A DNA stretch of 64,000 nucleotides from the human T2T-CHM13v2.0 reference genome, Homo sapiens: NCBI RefSeq assembly GCF_009914755.1, contig NC_060936.1. One strand, written 5' to 3'. Below the pieces are notes generated by a model. That model had not been told where the DNA came from. It did not search any database and was given only the letters and a program-made list of their open reading frames with translations. Below, piece by piece: positions 1 through 24,280 of this stretch (positions are counted from its first letter, which is position 1; each line of letters begins with the position of its first letter). The position numbers were made by a program, and so were the translations under genes.

Positions 1-3553
<3,553 letters not shown>

Positions 3554-3654
3554 GAGCCCAGCATTAAGTATTCCGAGAATTGAAATGTGTGCCTTGGCTA
3601 CTGTCAGGAAAGGAACTCCAAAGGGTTCAAGGAGTATACTTGTTATTGATTACT

Positions 3655-7250
<3,596 letters not shown>

Positions 7251-7259
7251 CTCTTGCTT

Positions 7260-8510
7260 TGTCTTTATGAATTTGACTACTATAGGGAGCTCATATAAAT
7301 GGAGTCATACAATATTTGCATCTAGCTTATTTTACTTAGCATAATACCTTTAATATGTATCCATGTTGTAGCATTTCAGAATTTCATTCTTTTTAAAATT
7401 TTCATTCTTTGTTTCACTGTATGTAGATACATTTTGTTTATCCATTCATTTGCTGATGGACGCTTGGGCTGTTTTCACCTTTTAGTTATTGTGAATAATG
7501 CTGCTATGAATATGGATGTATAAATATCTCTTTCAGACCCTACTTGTGATTATTTTTGGTATTATATAGAAATGAAATTACTGAATCATATAGTAGTTGT
7601 TTTTTTAATGTTTTCAGAAACCACCACACTCTGTTCTATAGCAGCTGCATAGACCAATGGCACATGGGGTTCCAATATCTCCACATCATCTCTAACACTT
7701 GTTATTTTCTGTTTTTCTTATAAAGCCATCCTAATGGGTAAAAAGTGGTGTCTCATTGTGGTTTTGATTTTTATTTCCCTAAAGATTAGTGATGTTTAGC
7801 ATCTTTTCATGTGCTTATTGGCCATTTGTATATCTTTGGAGAAGTGTTTATTCAAGGCTTTGGTCATTTTTCAATTGGGTTGTTTTATTGTAGTTGAGTT
7901 TTAGGAATTCTCTGTATATTCTGGATATTAATTTCTTATCAGATATATGATTTAAAAATATTTTCTTGCATTCTGTTGGGTACCTTTTCACTCTGTTTAC
8001 AGTGTCCTTTGATGCATGAAAACTTTCAATCTAGATAAACTTCAGTTTATCTATTTTTTCTTTTGCTACCCATGTTTTGGTGTTATGCCCAAGAAATCAT
8101 TGCCAAATCTCATGCCATGAAGTTTTTACATATGTTGTCTTTTAAGAGTTTTATAGTTTTACCTCTTACACTTAAGTCTTTGATCCATTTTGAGTTAAAC
8201 TTTGTGTATGGTGTAGGATAGGAGTCCAACTTTATTCTTTTGTATGTGGATACTATTTCCCCAGCACCATTTGTTAACAAACTGTCCTTTCCCCATTGAG
8301 TAGTCTTGGCACCCTTATTGAAAATCATTTGACCTTATACAGGAGAGTTGATTTCTGAGCTGTCTATTCTATTCCATTGGTTTATATGTCTGACTTCATG
8401 CCAGTACTACACTGTTTTGATTACTGGAACTTCATAATAAGTTTTGACATCAGGTAGCGTAAGTCCTTAAACTTTGTTCTTTTTTGAGATTGTTTTGGCT
8501 ATTTGGGGGT
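7260..8510 (-). mobile_element. L1MB-like 3' fragment
   Basis: 3'UTR-type sequence (gaatttgactact...ggagtcatacaatatttg) and ORF2 remnant IFNKGAKTTQWGKDSL (8110-8328). Confidence 0.8.
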
Positions 8511-9225
8511 CCCAAGATAACCTTTGAAGCTTGCGCTAATTCAGCCCTATTCCATTTAACTGAGAATGGACAAAGGGGAGGCATTGGTCAGACTCATAGC
8601 TAGTTCTATGGTCCTATTCTGAGAAGAGGGTCTGAAGAGGGTGAAAATTAATGTCAAATGGAAAGAAAGAGGAACAACTGTTGATGAAAAGGAATTCAAT
8701 CAATATATAATGCAAAAGAAAAAGCTAATGTTACCTTGGTGTCTTGTGAGAGGTTGGGAGCAAGAGAATATTATCTTTTAGCTATATTTATAGATGACCA
8801 TAAAGGTGGAGCTATTTTTCTGCAGAAACCCTCTTCTTAGTTTGAAGCAGGAGGTTCAGGATAGGCCCCAGTGAAAATAAAGGCATTCAATCTGGATTCA
8901 TCTCCATGATGTATCTTGATGACATTAACAATATCTCATGAGTGAACACCTGGAATAAATCTAATGTAACTTTGTCTTTTGGCTCCTGTTTTGTGGGTTA
9001 TATCTATTACAGAGGATTCCTTTTGAGAGGTAGCATGTGGGAAATTTTGTCTCATGGATGTGCACAAAGGACTTTAACAACAGAGTCACAGATCACTATG
9101 TAACCATTAGCCTAGTTGAAAAAGTTTCTCAGATAAAATATTTGCTGTGCCTAACTTGTCATAGTATCATGTGCCTATAAACCATGTTTTTGTGAATGGA
9201 TAGCAATAATAAAGAAACAGGAACT

Positions 9226-10130
9226 GCGGTGGAGCCAAGATGGCCGAATAGGAACAGCTCCGGTCTACAGCTCCCAGCGTGAGCGACGCAGAAGACGGGT
9301 GATTTCTGCATTTCCATCTGAGGTACCGGGTTCATCTCACTAGGGAGTGCCATACAGTGGGCGCAGGCCAGTGTGTGTGCGCACCGTGCGCGAGCCGAAG
9401 CAGGGCGAGGCATTGCCTCACCTGGGAAGCGCAAGGGGTCAGGGAGTTCCCTTTCTGAGTCAAAGAAAGGGGTGACTGACGCACCTGGAAAATCGGGTCA
9501 CTCCCACCCGAATATTGCGCTTTTCAGACCGGCTTAAAAAACGGCGCACCACGAGACTATATCCCACACCTGGCTCAGAGGGTCCTACGCCCACGGAATC
9601 TCGCTGATTGCTAGCACAGCAGTCTGAGATCAAACTGCAAGGCAGCAACGAGGCTGGGGGAGGGGCGCCCGCCATTGCCCAGGCTTGCTTAGGTAAACAA
9701 AGCAGCCGGGAAGCTCGAACTGGGTGGAGCCCACCACAGCTCAAGGAGGCCTGCCTGCCTCTGTAAGCTCCACCTCTGGGGGCAGGGCACAGACAAACAA
9801 AAAGACAGCAGTAACCTCTGCAGACTTAAGTGTCCCTGTCTGACAGCTTTGAAGAGAGCAGTGGTTCTCCCAGCACGCAGCTGGAGATCTGAGAACGGGC
9901 AGACTGCCTCCTCAAGTGGGTCCCTGACCCCTGACCCCTGAGCAGCCTAACTGGGAGGCACCCCCCAGCAGGGGCACACTGACACCTCACACGGCAGGGT
10001 ATTCCAACAGACCTGCAGCTGAGGGTCCTGTCTGTTAGAAGGAAAACTAACAACCAGAAAGGACATCTACACCGAAAACCCATCTGTACATCACCATCAT
10101 CAAAGACCAAAAGTAGATAAAACCACAAAG
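9226..10130 (+). promoter_or_regulatory. L1 5'UTR: internal sense promoter and antisense promoter, CpG-rich, YY1 site
   Basis: YY1 motif caagatggccg at 9236-9246; high CpG density retained. Promoter function is established knowledge for the L1HS 5'UTR. Confidence 0.85.
9460..9675 (-). CDS. L1 ORF0 (antisense, 71 aa)
   Basis: ATG at 9675 gives MAGAPPPASLLPCSLISDCCASNQRDS...HPFL*, 216 nt, matching primate L1 ORF0. Confidence 0.85.
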   Translation of the reverse strand: MAGAPPPASLLPCSLISDCCASNQRDSVGVGPSEPGVGYSLVVRRFLSRSEKRNIRVGVTRFSRCVSHPFL

Positions 10131-11147
10131 ATGGGGAAAAAACAGAACAGAAAAACTGGAAACTCTAAAACGCAGAGCGCCTCTCCTCCTCCAAAGGAAC
10201 GCAGTTCCTCACCAGCAACAGAACAAAGCTGGATGGAGAATGATTTTGACGAGCTGAGAGAAGAAGGCTTCAGACGATCAAATTACTCTGAGCTACGGGA
10301 GGACATTCAAACCAAAGGCAAAGAAGTTGAAAACTTTGAAAAAAATTTAGAAGAATGTATAACTAGAATAACCAATACAGAGAAGTGCTTAAAGGAGCTG
10401 ATGGAGCTGAAAACCAAGGCTCGAGAACTACGTGAAGAATGCAGAAGCCTCAGGAGCCGATGCGATCAACTGGAAGAAAGGGTATCAGCAATGGAAGATG
10501 AAATGAATGAAATGAAGCGAGAAGGGAAGTTTAGAGAAAAAAGAATAAAAAGAAATGCGCAAAGCCTCCAAGAAATATGGGACTATGTGAAAAGACCAAA
10601 TCTACGTCTGATTGGTGTACCTGAAAGTGATGTGGAGAATGGAACCAAGTTGGAAAACACTCTGCAGGATATTATCCAGGAGAACTTCCCCAATCTAGCA
10701 AGGCAGGCCAACGTTCAGATTCAGGAAATACAGAGAACGCCACAAAGATACTCCTCGAGAAGAGCAACTCCAAGACACATAATTGTCAGATTCACCAAAG
10801 TTGAAATGAAGGAAAAAATGTTAAGGGCAGCCAGAGAGAAAGGTCGGGTTACCCTCAAAGGAAAGCCCATCAGACTAACAGCGGATCTCTCGGCAGAAAC
10901 CCTACAAGCCAGAAGAGAGTGGGGGCCAATATTCAACATTCTTAAAGAAAAGAATTTTCAACCCAGAATTTCATATCCAGCCAAACTAAGCTTCATAAGT
11001 GAAGGAGAAATAAAATACTTTATAGACAAGCAAATGCTGAGAGATTTTGTCACCACCAGGCCTGCCCTAAAAGAGCTCCTGAAGGAAGCGCTAAACATGG
11101 AAAGGAACAACCAGTACCAGCCGCTGCAAAATCATGCCAAAATGTAA
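10131..11147 (+). CDS. L1 ORF1p (RNA-binding nucleic-acid chaperone)
   Basis: 338 aa, MGKKQNRK...NHAKM; coiled coil plus REKG, ARR and YPAKLS motifs intact. Confidence 0.97.
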   Translation: MGKKQNRKTGNSKTQSASPPPKERSSSPATEQSWMENDFDELREEGFRRSNYSELREDIQTKGKEVENFEKNLEECITRITNTEKCLKELMELKTKARELREECRSLRSRCDQLEERVSAMEDEMNEMKREGKFREKRIKRNAQSLQEIWDYVKRPNLRLIGVPESDVENGTKLENTLQDIIQENFPNLARQANVQIQEIQRTPQRYSSRRATPRHIIVRFTKVEMKEKMLRAAREKGRVTLKGKPIRLTADLSAETLQARREWGPIFNILKEKNFQPRISYPAKLSFISEGEIKYFIDKQMLRDFVTTRPALKELLKEALNMERNNQYQPLQNHAKM

Positions 11148-11186
11148 AGACCATCGAGACTAGGAAGAAACTGCATCAACTAATGA

Positions 11187-15035
<3,849 letters not shown>

Positions 15036-15294
15036 ACAATGAGATCACATGGACACAGGAAGGGGAATATCACACTCTGGGGACTGTGGTGGGGTCGGGG
15101 GAGGGGGAAGGGATAGCATTGGGAGATATACCTAATGCTAGATGACACGTTAGTGGGTGCAGCGCACCAGCATGGCACATGTATACATATGTAACTAACC
15201 TGCACAATGTGCACATGTACCCTAAAACTTAGAGTATAATTAAAAAAAAAAATTTAAAAAAAAAAAAAAAAAAAGAAACAGGAACTAATGCCAA

Positions 15295-15666
15295 TGCTAT
15301 GGACTTAGTTGCGTCCCCCAAAATTCATTGTTGAATGAACCCATCACCCAATGTAATGGTACTTAGAAATAGGACTTTTGGGAGTTAATTAGGTCTAGAT
15401 GAGGTCCTAGTATGGGGTCCTTGTGATCGGATTAGGACGCTTGTAAAAAGAGACAGCAGAGAGTTTGCTTTCTCTCTCCATTATGTGAAGACACAGGAAG
15501 AAGGTGGTAGTCTACAAGCCAGGATAAGAGCCCTCACTAGAACCCCACCATGCTGGCATTCCAATATTGAGCTTCCAGCCTCCAGAATTATGAGAAAATA
15601 AACTTCTGTTGTTTAAGTCACCTAGTCTATGGCATTTTGTTGTGGTATCCTGAGGTGACTAAGACA
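15295..15666 (+). mobile_element. MaLR solo LTR (MLT1A-like)
   Basis: Starts tgctatgg and ends gactaagaca; contains cagcctccagaa and aataaa...ctgttgtttaag, typical of MLT1. Confidence 0.8.
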
Positions 15667-17149
15667 GACAGTTTAGAGGTTACTTCTTGGGGGCTCATTC
15701 ACACAGTGCGTAACCATAACATCTGCTGAACATGCTTACGGGAAGTTGTTTGGCACGCTGAAACTAAAATGTAATTGGAGGTGATTATTACCCATATGAT
15801 GTTATCTTGGGAAAGACAGAATGAAACAGGGTATATGATGAGGCCCATAAGAAACTTGGAATCCAAAATTAACTTGAACTTAGCCCTTGATTCATACACC
15901 AATCCATGATAGCGTTTGGTATATCGACAAGGGCCACTCTATAGGGAAGGCTGAGAAAATACTGTTGTAATTTGGACTGATTTATTTTACAGTGATCTTA
16001 GTTGAACTCATAATATAACTACTCTTTGGTGTAATATTGGTGTCATTGGTAAGATTACTGATTTATATTATAATCTTCGTTCAACTTATAATACAACTAT
16101 CTGGTGTAATACTCAGGTTACTGGCAAAATTAATTTTACTGATTTACTTAAACCTTATCTGATGATACAAATTAATTAGAGTTTTGGCAGTTATTCCTTT
16201 GCTTTTTTTTTGTCTCCTAAATGTTGCCAAAGATGCAGAAGGAGGAGTGATGAGGAGCAATTTTTATTTAAAAAGCCTTGCCCAAGAGTCAGAGGGTGAA
16301 CTATAGGGGATTTAGTTGACTTACAGCTGAATCGAAAAAACTCTAACTTTATCTCTGGAGGCTCCTGGATGTCTGCCTTTGGCTCTTGGTCAAAATAAGG
16401 GCAGTGGGATTTATGATGTCAGAAACTCCCCAGGCCAGTTTGTTTGTTGATAATTTACAAGTGTCATAAACTGGCTCAAATATGTGCCCAATGGGGCATA
16501 ACAACCCCGCTGGGAACTTCTGTGTTACACTTTCCTGAAGCTAGGATTTCTTGCACAGATCTTGGTGGTTCATCTGGAAACAGAGTACTTCTCTGGGTCA
16601 ATGAGAACCCTGGGAACTTCTGCACGATTGTCTCTCGGACTCCAATGCTCGTTTATACGCTCTTTCTCTTGCTGCACCATATCCTTTGCCTTTAAATATC
16701 TTAGTATTCCCTGTGGGGTTTAGAGAGGACTTTCAAATATCTGAACTTGGGAAATATTTGCATTATCCTACCACATTTCTCTAAAACATAATAGGCAAAA
16801 ACATAAATTTGTATTTCATTAGTTTATAAATATTGAAGTGTTAACAATTTGGCATCAAACAGAAATAGCATTATAAAATAATTAGTAAAATTAAAACAAC
16901 ATTAATATGGTACAAACTATGATAAATAGTGCACAATAAAAAATTAAATATAGAGATAAAGGAAAAGCATCTTCTATCTCTTACATTACAGCATACTTAG
17001 AAGTCAAGAACTTCACTTTTATGTCCTTTAAAGGTGAGTGAAGATGGAAAATAGACAAGTGTATTCCTGACCTGGAGACCCCAGATATCCTGATTGGGGC
17101 TTCAATTCTAACCTAAGAGACCCAAAGCTATGCTAAATTGGAAACAAAT

Positions 17150-17345
17150 TTCAAGTCCTGGTTTGTGTTTGAGTTTCAGTGATCAGGAGGTTTATTATCT
17201 TGAGCAAGTCCTCATATCCTGTTACCACTCTGATGCCTCAAATTCCATATTTTAAAAATCTAGGTAAGAATAATATTGAGTGATTTTATGAGAATTAAAT
17301 AAGTTGATGTGTGTATACTTGATATAAAAATAAAGTGTTACACTA
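17150..17345 (+). mobile_element. MIR-like SINE remnant
   Basis: Degenerate core: cttgagcaagt...gcctca...tttaaaaat...aataata...ttttatgagaattaaataag. Confidence 0.45.
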
Positions 17346-18584
17346 AAATGTATCTTATAATGACTCAGTAATATAATTTTTCATATTATTATTTCCTATT
17401 CTCACTGGCTCCATGATTTGCTGCAGAATCTGCCCTGGCACCCAGGGTTCTTCTGCATCTTCCCACTCACGAGTCCTGTGAATACAGAAACACTGTGTGT
17501 TCTCAGAAAGGAGCAACATGTCCTTGGCTTCAGCCATGGCTACTGTTTGTTTACTTTGCCCAGCATTGGGATTCTGCTGGTTCTTGAGGCCCTGGCACAA
17601 ATTTGGGTAATTGTATCCTTCTGGGTACTGGCAACCTTCTCCTATTTTCTGTGTCCTGTTAGGTCCTAGGTGAGAGAGAGATGAGCTTTCAGGTAGTGGA
17701 TTAAAGCAAGAAGCCAAAAATGAGAGTTAAGACTTTACTCATTTACTGCAATGGTATAAGCAAGAGGCTAACACTGGAGAAAATGCTCAGTCCACCTGTT
17801 CCATTTTCCGCTTGAATGGCACACTAGTCAAGGGTCAGGTGGATCAGCTCAGACATTGAGATTGTCTCACTGTAGCTCAAAAGGCTTCTACAGTTTTATG
17901 GATTCTGAGGTGGGAGGGGTGGAGAACAGGGGGATGGGGCTTAGAATGGAAAAATAATGGGAACAGAGTCAGAGTGGGGGAAAATGTCTTCACGGTTTCT
18001 CCCTTCTCCCTCTATAAGGAGGTCTTAGCAGAAGTGCCTGAAGAGGACCTCTGCCCAGGGTCTCAGATAAAGAGACTTAAGAATTTGGGCATTAGTCAAA
18101 AACTGCAAATATGTGAAAGAGCATGGCCAGCCTGCACCCCTCTTCAGGGACTGCAGAGCACTGGTCGTGCACCAATTTTGGTGTGGGGACGGCAGTTTTC
18201 TCCCATGAAATCTGCCAGGTGAAACCATTGCCTGTGATCAGGCTTGAAAAATCACACATAGGTCTTTAAGTAGGAGCTGGACTCCACTCATCCCATCTCT
18301 TGTAAATCTGGGTTATGAGCAGTTCTGCTAAGTTTTTCAAAGTTGTTTCTTCAAACTTTTTTTCTATCTAGAAGCCTTTAATAAAAAATTTATCATTCTG
18401 TTGCTCACTCTGTTGTCCTCCCAGTGCTCTGATGACTTAGTACTTGTTCTTTGTCCTTGAGGCAGTGTCCCTCTGTATGTGATGAGGGAGCCTTTATACT
18501 GCTTTTCCTCCTCAGTTCTTGTCCACGCCAGTCTCTTCTTTCTGAATTCTTGCAGTCCTTATATTTCCACCACAAAAATCCATA

Positions 18585-19190
18585 TTATTTTAAAATTTTA
18601 CATTACAAAATATCATACAGTAAATTTTGCTTTTCTTTCCCATTAGTGTTTGGTCACATTTTTGGGTAGATTTGTGCACAGATTATGTAACCATCACAAC
18701 AATCAGGTCATAGAACAGTTCTATCAACCCCCAAAACTCCTTTGTGTTGTCCCCTTGTAGTCACAGCCTTACCCCACCCGTTATTCCTGGAAACCACTGA
18801 TGTGTTTCTTATCACTATAGTTTTGTTTTTTTGAGAATGTCAAATCAATGGAATCAAACAGTATGTAATCTTTTGAGACTGGCTTCTTTCACTCAACATA
18901 ATGTCTTTGAGATTTGTCCAAGTTTTTGAGTGTATCAATAGTTCTTTTTTACTGCTGAGTAATATTCTGTCATGTGGACATACACAGTTTGTTTATCCAT
19001 TCACCCACTGGAGGATATCAAGGTTATTTCCAGCTTTTAACTGTCACAGATAAAGCTGCTATGAAAATTTGTGTACAAGTTTTTTGTGTGAACATAAGTT
19101 TTCATTTCTCTCAGGTGAATAACTGGGAGTGGAATTGCTGGGTTATATGGTGAATGTTTGCTCAACTTTATAATAAACTGTTAAATTGAA
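18585..19190 (-). mobile_element. L1MC-like 3'UTR fragment
   Basis: cacaatcagg...gaacagttctatca, gactggcttctttcactcaacataatg and taaagctgctatgaa motifs. Confidence 0.75.
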
Positions 19191-20128
19191 AAATCCTTCT
19201 TTCAATAAAAACATTATCATGTGATTTCAAGCAGTTTTCACTGTATTGGAAAAATAATTAGATTAAAGGAAACATTTCAGAATTTGTATTAAAACGAACA
19301 ACTGCACAACCCTAATAGTATCAATGATGCAAAATTGTGAAATTTGAGGCTGCTTGTCATCTTCTGAATAGCTTTTCTATGTTTGGGACAAATATAAACC
19401 CAACCCTAAAAGAAAGGTTGAAATACAGTTTCCCAACCATCCTTGCAGCCAAGGCTCAGGCTTGTGTACTAAACTCTGCCAATCTGGCCAATCTCCCCAG
19501 GATTTAATTTTGGATGTGAACAGCATGTGATAACAGGCTTTATAGGGAGCTTCCGTTTCCTGGGCATATACTGGTTTCAAAAGCATCCAACTTTCAAGGC
19601 TATAGTGATTGCGAGATTGGATTCTCATTCAGAAGTGCATTATGCTAATATCATTCACTGTTACTTGTAAACTTTTGGAATTTAGTGTTTGGCAGCACCA
19701 GTAGATGTTGTGGTTGTTTTCTCATCAGCCCAGTCCTGTAGGGTAGAGTTGTTGGCATTGTTCCTGAAAGTATAGGCTTAATCTGTTTGTCCAAGACCCC
19801 AAGGACTTTGTGAGCTTCCTTCTAGTCTGCTGTTCTTTAAATCACTTTTCTTTTTAAACTATTCTTAGATGAGGTTTCTTTTCATACTATTTTATTCTTT
19901 ATTATATATATTTTATACAGTTGTATATGCACAGGCTACTTTGTGTATTTGCTTGCTAATTCATGATTTGTCTTTTATGGTTTAAAAATTAGCTGATCAT
20001 AAAATATTCCATAGTTTGAATCCCAAGGAGCAGCGAAGATGCTGACAAATTTAAGAAATAGCATAAATGCGTTTGACTTCATGGGCCATGCAGTGAGGGT
20101 TCTCTGGACTTGAAAATGCCCCATAGGG

Positions 20129-21150
20129 ATCTAATTAAACTAAAGAGCTTCTGCACAGCAAAAGAAACTACCATCAGAGTGAACAGGCAACCTAGAGAAT
20201 GGGAGAAAATGTTTACAATCTACCCATATGACAAAGGGCTAAAATCCAGAATCTACAAAGAACTCAAACAAATTTACAAGAAAAAATCAAACAACCCCAT
20301 CAAAAAGTGGGTGAAGGATATGAACAGACACTTCTCAAAAGAAGACATTTATGCAGCCAACAGACACATGAAAAAATGCTCATCATCACTGGTCATCAGA
20401 GAAATGCAAATCAAAACCACAATGAGATATCATCTCACACCAGTTAGAATGGTGATCATTAAAAAGTCAGGAAACAACAGGTGCTGGAGAGGATGTGGAG
20501 AAACAGAAATGCTTTTACACTGTTGGTGGGACTGTAAACTAGTTCAACCATTGTGGAAGACAGTGTGGCGATTCCTCAAGGATCTAGAACTAGAAATATC
20601 ATTTGACCCAGACATCCCATTACTGGGTATATACCCCAAAGGCTATAAATCATGCTGCTATAAAGACACATGCACACGTATGTTTATTGTGGCACTATTC
20701 ACAATAGCAAAGACTTGGGACCAACCCAAATGTCCAACAATGATAGACTGGATTAAGAAAATGTGGCAATATACACCATGGAATACTATGCAGCCATAAA
20801 AAAGGATGAGTTCAAGTTCTTTGCGTGGACATGGGTGAAGCTGGAAACCATATTCTGAGCAAACTATGGCAAGGACAGAAAACCAAATACCACATGTTCT
20901 CACTCATAGGTGGGAATTGAACAGTGAGAACACCTGGACACAGGGTGGGGAACATCACACACCGGGCCTGTCATGGGATTGGGGGAGCAGGGGAGGGATA
21001 GCATTAGGAGATATACCTAATGTAAATGACGAGTTAACGGGTGCAGCACACCAACATGGCACATGTATACATATGTAAGAAACCTGCACGTTGTGCACAT
21101 GTACCCTAGAACTTAAAGTATAAAAAAAAATGCAAAACAAAAAAAAAAAA
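20129..21150 (+). mobile_element. 5'-truncated L1PA5/6-like insertion
   Basis: ORF2 C-terminus ([13 protein letters not shown]...), 3'UTR and poly(A). TSD gaaaatgccccataggg at 20112-20128 and 21151-21167; the last 3 nt are also L1 microhomology. Confidence 0.93.
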
Positions 21151-21932
21151 GAAAATGCCCCATAGGGGCTTAACTGAAAGGAGGCTCACCATGTCATTTT
21201 CTTCTTCTTGCTTCTATCTCTTAATGTTCCCAATATCAAAATGTATGCTCCCAGCTCAGAGCAGTGCGACCTTGGGACTAAGGCCTCAGGTACCTTGGGG
21301 AACCATTTTGTCCCCAGAATTTATGCCTGCTTTCATGCTCTGTCACTAACCTTCCTTCATCATTGGAGCCAACAAACTGGGCAACAGTGATGTCAGAGAA
21401 AATGCCAATTTTGCATTGGCATAGGTGCCTGGCAACACTTAGCAGCCTGCAAGAAACAAGAAGCCATATAATGTTGGCAAAAATGTCAGTTGAGTCACAT
21501 GGTCAGGCTAGCAAAGGAAAATAGCCTGGAGATCTCCTGTTAGGTCCATTTTTGTCTCTGCTAAAAGGGTTCCTCGATTATGCTCATTGCTTGGTGTCAC
21601 TTCAGCGCTCTCTTCAGCTTTCACTGTATTTCACCAGGCTTTTATGTAATTTTCTTTTTGCAGCAATAGAGGTTTTGATTTGATGTCTTTCTGAAGGCTC
21701 ACACTGGCTTACTTTCCTGAAATAATGTAACTTCTACAAAATATTAATTTTGTAATTACATCTCAACTTGGAAAATCACTCTATACCTTGGTAAGAGGAA
21801 ACAAAAAATTAAGATTTAATAATAAAATCAATCAGTCATTAATTCATCATGAAACAAAATTTTCATTCATTCATTATGCTATGCAGTGTCTGGGAGATTT
21901 TTTTACTCCTTTAGAGAGAATCTATTTTCCTG

Positions 21933-22447
21933 TGTCTGATAACAAACTCATTGGGCACCTGAGGCTGTTATTCAGTGTTATTCAGTGTTTATTTGTTTCT
22001 CTCATATATCACTTTTAAGCTCATAGTCAAAATCAGATAACTTCTGGAAATGGATTTTTTGTAGTCTCCTTCCCTCATTTCCTTTTTCATCTTTTGCTTT
22101 TTCTCAAGATCCCTGTGTCCATCCTTTATCCCATCTTTCCAGACAAAGCTATGGTCATTGGTTCAGTTTTTGGTTTTTATTCTGACATGACTTGAGTGAT
22201 GTCTGATAACAAACTCATTGGGCACCTGAGGCTGTTATTCAGTGTTTATTTGTTTCTCTCATATATCACTTTTAAGTTCATAGTCAAAATCAGATAACTT
22301 CTGGAAATGGATTTTTTGTAGTCTCCTTCCCTCATTTCCTTTTTCATCTTTTGCTTTTTCTCAAGATTCCTGTTTCCATCCTTTATCCCATCTTTCCAGA
22401 CAAAGCTATGGTCATCGGTTCAGTTTTTGGTTTTTATTCTGACATGA
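21933..22447. repeat. Direct tandem duplication, two copies of ~250 bp
   Basis: Copy 1 21933-22190, 9-bp spacer, copy 2 22200-22447; 4 substitutions and one 10-bp indel. Confidence 0.95.
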
Positions 22448-22523
22448 TGTACTGAATCTTTGTTTCTGAGGCTTGGCTTCACTCATTTCTGACTCTCCTC
22501 TGGGGTGGTGATTGTAGATACTT

Positions 22524-24280
22524 TTTTTTTTTTTGAGGTTTCAATATTTTTTCAAGTTTTTTTAAGTGATGTTAATTACAGCATTTGAAGAGGAGGATCT
22601 AATTCCACACAAAATGGAAGACTCTAAAATGTACCCATTAAACTGCTGAAAAACAAATTGAGTGGTGAGAATACAACAGAAGTCCAATTTAGATTCTGAG
22701 TGTTGTTACCATGTGATTACAATCACACAGACTCTTCTAAGCTTATAACTGGAGCTCCTGGAAGCTATTTCATACTTTGGTGCAAGGGCAAAAAAACACA
22801 ACACGAGAAGGAATAAGTCCAGAATTATTGGCTTCCTCACATCCACCCTCTCCACCCCAAAATGGCACAAAAGAAACAGTGACCACACCCCGCAGACCTT
22901 TTGGTGTAAAAGAGGTGACGATGAACTGGGGTGGGAACAGGTCATGAAGATCTGACTAAAAAAGTCCCATTCAGGTGAGTTTATACACACCATCAAGCAG
23001 TGAGCCTCTCATCAATCAGGGTTAGGAAACCAAAGTTTGATTATCAGGAAATCACAATTTCATTCATTTACTCAATATGAATTTATAAAGTGCCTACATA
23101 TTATCAGCTTCCACTTGCAGCCATTTCTAGATAAAAAAGAAAACTGGCCTCTCACAGGGGCCACCAAGTTTCCCCCAACTCTGCCACTGAAAAGACCTTT
23201 TTTGGAAACGGGTTTCTTCTGTACCTCTGAAAGGGTAACATCTTAAAGCTGCATCATCTTTAACCTGGAGGTCTAACATATTTAGCAATACTTGCATCCC
23301 AGACATACAACATTAAAGGACACACCAAATTCTGAAGGGTAGCTATGCTGCAAAATAGTTTAAAATTGAACAATTGTACAGTATTCATTTATGCTTGAAA
23401 TTCCAGTCCTAGACCAAGCATGGGGCCACCAGCACTGACCTTCTTGAGATCCAGAAGAGCTGACAGTGTCAGTTTGATACCTGGCTTTAGGGTCTGAGTT
23501 TATCCTAAACCTATCAGGCTGGAGTTGTTCACTTTAGCCAAGAAGCAAGCGTCAGGGTCAATCTGATACTTGGCTGCTATTCTGAAGTGTATTACTGTTT
23601 CCTGCTGTCCAGACGAGACTGACAGCGGTCTCCAACTTCTTGTTCACCTTCTGGTAAATGGAGCCACCAAACTCTGTTCTGTCAGACATTAGTGTGAAGC
23701 TGGAATTCATCAGTCTTGTAGCCAACTGCAAAGTTGCTCTGAGTAACTCGGGACTTTGCAGTCTCAAAATTCATCTGGTAGTTGGCCAGCCAGCCGCCGT
23801 AACCCAGCACCAGAGCACACTGGATGGAAGGCCCAGCAATGTCGAAATCCATGTCGCAGCCCAGATTGATGTGTTCCCACTTGTACCCTGTCTTGATTTT
23901 AGCTTTTTTCCCCCCAGTGTTAGGTGAGAAGGATGAATCGAAGGTCAGCTTCAGTACACGTGCAAGCTGATCTTCCACGGTAATCTCGGTGCCTAGTGTA
24001 TTGTCGGTGTTCCATTTCTGTGTAAACGTCAGGCCTTACTCAGTCCATCTGTACTTGGTTTCCAGACTGCCCATCACTTTGGTGGCCACAGTGTTGGCAG
24101 AGTCTGAGCTTGTAAATTCCAATCCATTCTCAGATTTTGTTTTCAAATCAAGCTTTATTAAGCCAAATCCATAACCTTTGGTGAAGACATCCCTGGCAGA
24201 TTTGCCAAGATTGGCATACGTGAGTGGCACAGCCATCTTCTGCTCAGAGGCGGTGGCGGCAGGCTCCGCAGCGGCTACCA
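22524..24280 (-). pseudogene. VDAC1P: Processed pseudogene of VDAC1 (voltage-dependent anion channel 1); locus number not determined
   Basis: Intronless CDS remnant 24236->23389 ([25 protein letters not shown]...GLEFQA*), 5'UTR stub, long 3'UTR, poly(T) 22522-22534. TSD attgtagatactt at 22511-22523 and 24281-24293. Premature TAA at 24036-24038 and two 2-bp deletions. Confidence 0.96.

Noticed and set aside
15079-15112. G-quadruplex-forming tract in the L1HS 3'UTR
   Set aside because: It is real but a standard feature of primate L1s.
16400-19860. Possible ancient LTR remnants (~16400-16700, ~17655-18280, ~19380-19850)
   Set aside because: They look LTR-like but are too degenerate to bound or name without Dfam.
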